64,000 nucleotides of DNA from Acidobacteriota bacterium (GTDB taxonomy: Bacteria > Acidobacteriota > UBA6911 > RPQK01 > JAJDTT01). The position numbers and the translations under genes are program-made. Positions within the stretch are counted from its first letter, which is position 1; each line of letters opens with the position of its first letter. Of this stretch, positions 60,663 to 64,000 are shown piece by piece. The stretch spans positions 1,504,001-1,568,000 of the forward strand of contig CBDCJH010000002.1 of the NCBI GenBank assembly GCA_965217775.1, given 5' to 3'. The notes beneath the pieces are model-generated. The model was not told the origin of the DNA, did no database searches, and worked only from the letters and a program-made list of their open reading frames with translations.

Positions 60663-62575
60663 TGGACAATCCCCTCAAAGCGTCCCTCCAGGAACTGACC
60701 GACATTCAGCGCCAAGCCGTCGGTTGGGGCGACGGCGCCTTGCTCGTGCTGGCCGGACCGGGCTCCGGCAAGACACGGGTGCTCACTTGCCGCATTGCCC
60801 GGCTGCTGGATTCGTCCCGGGATCAACGCTTTCGTATCCTCGCCCTGACGTTCACCAACAAGGCGGCGAACGAGATGGCGGTCCGGGTGTCCTCCCTCGT
60901 GCCTGGACTCGAAGGACGGGCCGACATCGACACGTTTCACGGTTTCTGCGCACAGGTTCTGCGGCAGCATGGCGTGCATCTGGGCATCAAACCGGACTTC
61001 GCGATCTATTCGCAGGCCGCGGACCGGCAGGCGGTGATGGAAGACGCGCTCCGCCGCGGCTGTGCTCAGGCGGCGAGCCGCGAAGATACACAGCTTCTAC
61101 CGTTGATCGATCGCCTGAAGGCGCAACTCATTGCACCTGACCAAGCGGAGTCGCGTATCGCGGCCATGAACGGCGTCACGGCCAAGGACGCCGGCCGGGT
61201 TGCCCGCGCTTACCGCCTGTACGAGGACGAGCTCCGCCGCGCCAACGCGCTGGACTTCAATTCGCTCATCCTCGAGGCGCACCGGCTGTTCGCCTATCCA
61301 GCGATGGCACGACACTACCAGACCGTCTACCCGTACTGGCTGATCGACGAGTTTCAGGATACCAACGGCGCTCAGTACACGCTGCTGCGCCGCATGGCCG
61401 CAGTCGGTTTTCGCGAGGTCTTTGCCGTCGCGGACGACGACCAGACCATCTTCGAATGGAATGGCGCGAACGTTCGCCGAATCGGCGACTTGGTAGAGGA
61501 TTTCTCCTGCGACGTGATTCAACTGCCGACGAACTTCCGTTGTCCGCCGCGTATAGTCGAAGCCGCGAACCGCCTCGTCGTCTACAACTCCCGCCGCGTA
61601 CGGTCGAAGCAACCCGCCATCCCGGCCTCGGGCAATTCCTCGGTTTCAGCCGAGGGACAGATTCAGTGCCGCGAATTCGACACGGAAGGGGAGGAAGTTG
61701 CCGGAATCGCTGGTGAAATTGCGTCCCTGGACACCAATACTCGCGACCGGACTGCCGTGTTGGCCAGAAACCGTTTCCTCCTGGAAGCAATGCACAAAGC
61801 TCTTAAAGCGAAGGGTGTACCTGCGATGCTCACGATGCGTCGCGACGACTTCGCGTCGCCGCAGATGCGCTGGCTGGTCGCCTGCCTGAAGCAGATCAAC
61901 CGGCCGCTGGATCAGCGCAACATGGCTGTGTTGGTCGATGCGTTCGACAGGTTCGCGCCTTCGCCCCTGGATTGGGACGATCTTGTATCGCGATCGGAGG
62001 CCGATGGGATCACTTGTCTGACTGCATGGACGGATGCCGTGCGTAAGGCCGAGATGCCGCACCCTGTGGCCGAATTGGCTGACGTGATCGCGACGCTTGC
62101 CTCCGGGGGCATCAAGCTCGTTACCGCGATCGACCAGATTCTTGACCGCTTCGGCAACAACGATGCCGACCACGATCTACAGGACGATATCAATGCGTGG
62201 CGAAGGATTGAACGTGAGATCGGGGACATGCAGAGGCTCCCGTCGCTCGATCGATTTCTGCAGGAGCTGCAACTGCGGTCCAAGGAGCCGGTTCCGGTGC
62301 CCGGAACGGTATCCCTGACGACCATCCACGGCGCCAAGGGACGGGAGTTCGATACGGTGTACCTGATCGGCTTGGCGGAGGAGGTCTTGCCGTCCTGGCA
62401 TAGTGTGAAGAAAGGCAACGGCAGCGCCGCGCTCGAGGAAGAGCGCCGCGGGTGTTTCGTCGCCGTCACCCGTACCAGAAAGCGCCTGATCCTGTCGCGG
62501 GCGCGACAATATCGGGGATGGCCGAAGCGGCCTTCACGGTTTCTCCAGGAGATGGGCTGCCTCGGCAACCAATGA
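60659..62575 (+). CDS. UvrD/Rep-family helicase (GajB-like), translationally coupled to the OLD nuclease
   Basis: AGPGSGKT, TFTNKAA, IDEFQD, DDDQTIF, NFRC, TIHGAKGREF, EERR..FVAVTR; 4-bp GTGA overlap. Confidence 0.88.
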   Translation: MMDNPLKASLQELTDIQRQAVGWGDGALLVLAGPGSGKTRVLTCRIARLLDSSRDQRFRILALTFTNKAANEMAVRVSSLVPGLEGRADIDTFHGFCAQVLRQHGVHLGIKPDFAIYSQAADRQAVMEDALRRGCAQAASREDTQLLPLIDRLKAQLIAPDQAESRIAAMNGVTAKDAGRVARAYRLYEDELRRANALDFNSLILEAHRLFAYPAMARHYQTVYPYWLIDEFQDTNGAQYTLLRRMAAVGFREVFAVADDDQTIFEWNGANVRRIGDLVEDFSCDVIQLPTNFRCPPRIVEAANRLVVYNSRRVRSKQPAIPASGNSSVSAEGQIQCREFDTEGEEVAGIAGEIASLDTNTRDRTAVLARNRFLLEAMHKALKAKGVPAMLTMRRDDFASPQMRWLVACLKQINRPLDQRNMAVLVDAFDRFAPSPLDWDDLVSRSEADGITCLTAWTDAVRKAEMPHPVAELADVIATLASGGIKLVTAIDQILDRFGNNDADHDLQDDINAWRRIEREIGDMQRLPSLDRFLQELQLRSKEPVPVPGTVSLTTIHGAKGREFDTVYLIGLAEEVLPSWHSVKKGNGSAALEEERRGCFVAVTRTRKRLILSRARQYRGWPKRPSRFLQEMGCLGNQ

Positions 62576-62654
62576 CTTGGCGCCGGCCGTATCGGATGAC
62601 GAGGAGTGGCCGCCGGACGATCGAGGAGTGGGAGTGATGTGGTCCTGGTCCTTT

Positions 62655-63324
62655 GGACCAGCGCGCTGTTGATCCGACAAGTCTCATCGGCCAGCCCCGC
62701 CAGCTCCCGGCTGTGGGTGACGTAGAGCAGAGTGGCGTTCTCCTGGGTCACCAGCTCCAGCATCAGCTCCAGGACCAGCCACGAGTTCTCGTCGTCCAGG
62801 TTCCCCGTGGGCTCATCCGCCAGGATCAGCCGCGGACGTTGCAGGAGAGCCCGGCAGATGGCGACCCGCTGCATCTCTCCGCCGCTCAGGTTGCTGACCG
62901 GATCATCGGCGCGATCGGCCAGGCCGACCCGTTCCAACAACTGCAGCACCCGCGGTTCGAAGTCACGTCGTCTCCCGTTGGCGACCAGTGCCGGGAGAGC
63001 CACGTTCTCCCGGACCGACAAGTGGGGCAGGAGATGGAAGAACTGGAAGACGAGTCCGATCTCGTTCCTGCGCAACAGGGTCCGGTCGCGGTCCGAATAG
63101 CGGGACAAGTCCTTGCCCAGAACCTCGACTCGACCATGGGTCGGAAGATCGATGCCCGCGGCCAGATGAAGGAGTGTGGACTTGCCGCTGCCACTTCGGC
63201 CCACGATGGCGACGCGGCGTCCGGACGGCACCTGGAAGGAGACGTCGTGAAGGGCCGTCAGGCCCGCTCCGGCGGATTCCTCATAGGTCTTCGAGACGTG
63301 TGAAAACGCCAGGATGGGAGTCAT
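62655..63324 (-). pseudogene. Second copy of the ABC ATPase gene, lacking its stop codon (reads on antisense into the helicase)
   Basis: 62684-63327 aligns without gaps to 57780-58423 (offset 4904); all motifs are kept, but the native DAA* end is missing. Confidence 0.7.
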
Positions 63325-63521
63325 CTCAATAGAACAGGTTATGGGCAACAACGGAATGAATTCAACAGATTCCGGCGGATTTTCCGGTTCCCGGAGATTT
63401 GTGGGAATGGTTGCTCAGCGGGGGCGGGCGAAGGTACCGGCATCTCAGTCAGGCACTATTTCGACATATAAAGCACTGAATAATCTGGGGGATTATATAC
63501 GAAAGTGCCCAAACCTGAGCA

Positions 63522-63704
63522 TTAACGCCGGTTCCGTGGCCGGTCTATCCATCTGATATTCACGGGCTGGACCAATGCACGGGCCAGCTCCTCGAAGTCT
63601 GCTTCCACGCGCATATCCTGTTCCAGTTCGGCCTTGGTCGGTTGGTAGGAATCCTTGACCAGTTCGATGGTGGGATGTTGGGGATTGTGTCTGGGTTTCT
63701 TCAT
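63522..63704 (-). CDS. Small hypothetical protein (YQPTKAELEQD motif) inside the second element
   Basis: 60 aa; ATGA overlap with the upstream gene; ends 12 bp from the TIR. Confidence 0.6.
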   Translation of the reverse strand: MKKPRHNPQHPTIELVKDSYQPTKAELEQDMRVEADFEELARALVQPVNIRWIDRPRNRR

Positions 63705-64000
63705 GCGGCCCTCGGCATCCTAGGTTGTTTCCCCTCAAAGGAGTCTTCCGCCGTGTAGATTTGAATCTTGGGCAGGTCCATGAAGCGTCCGGCGTTGACG
63801 GCGGCATTTCTCATGCCGTTGGTCACTCGGTCTCGAAAGCAGGTGAAGATGCCGAGATCAGCTCCGGCCTGTCGACGTGCGCCGTTGAAGGCTTGGACGT
63901 GTCCAGGATTGGTAGAGCCGCCTTTGACCTGAGAAACGATGTCAATGAACCGGCCCTGGCGGATCGGGAGCCGTCCCACGCCGTCAATTCCGCCATCCCG
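63701..64000 (-). CDS. C-terminal Mrr-like restriction endonuclease domain (possibly fused to a DNA methyltransferase outside the window), partial
   Basis: RDGGIDGVGR...IVSQVKGG...ADLGIFTCF matches the Mrr DGGID...QxK pattern. Confidence 0.7.
   Translation of the reverse strand, partial: RDGGIDGVGRLPIRQGRFIDIVSQVKGGSTNPGHVQAFNGARRQAGADLGIFTCFRDRVTNGMRNAAVNAGRFMDLPKIQIYTAEDSFEGKQPRMPRAA

Larger units (their letters stand above)
63488..64000. mobile_element. One end of a second IS1595-like element; extends beyond the window
   Basis: GGGGATTATATACGAAAGTGCC at 63488-63509 is 21/22 identical to the left TIR at 10789. Confidence 0.75.

Noticed and set aside
61912-63351. 479-aa ABC ATPase fusion with a novel C-terminal domain
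   Set aside because: The extension is the antisense of the helicase gene, read after loss of the stop codon.

Overview
GC-rich bacterial window. Its gene content (PSD1/planctomycete cytochrome c, PQQ-type and FG-GAP beta-propellers, secreted GH-like propellers, LRR-metallopeptidase, dense REP-like palindromes) suggests an Acidobacteriota/Planctomycetota-like, possibly host-associated organism; this is an inference. It holds about 40 accessory and metabolic genes and many pseudogenes and duplicated gene tails. I saw no rRNA, tRNA or CRISPR array. The standout is a 1,244-bp element (10789-12032) that splits a cytochrome P450 gene. It carries only an intact tnpB, yet it is bounded by 22-bp terminal inverted repeats of IS1595 (ISNwi-like, GGnnATTAT) type and a perfect 8-bp target-site duplication, which canonical TnpB elements (IS200/IS605, IS607) lack. 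The right TIR appears to supply both the tnpB stop codon and the terminal hairpin/pseudoknot of a predicted omega-RNA. A near-identical TIR at 63488 opens a second element with an Mrr-like restriction cargo. Other notable items: a Gabija-like OLD nuclease/UvrD pair between two copies of an ABC ATPase gene, a stand-alone OLD-type nuclease, a defence-island-like stretch (44.6-51.5 kb), and a REP-bounded mosaic of duplicated gene 3' ends (21.2-23.7 kb). All protein calls come from motif recognition by eye, not database searches.
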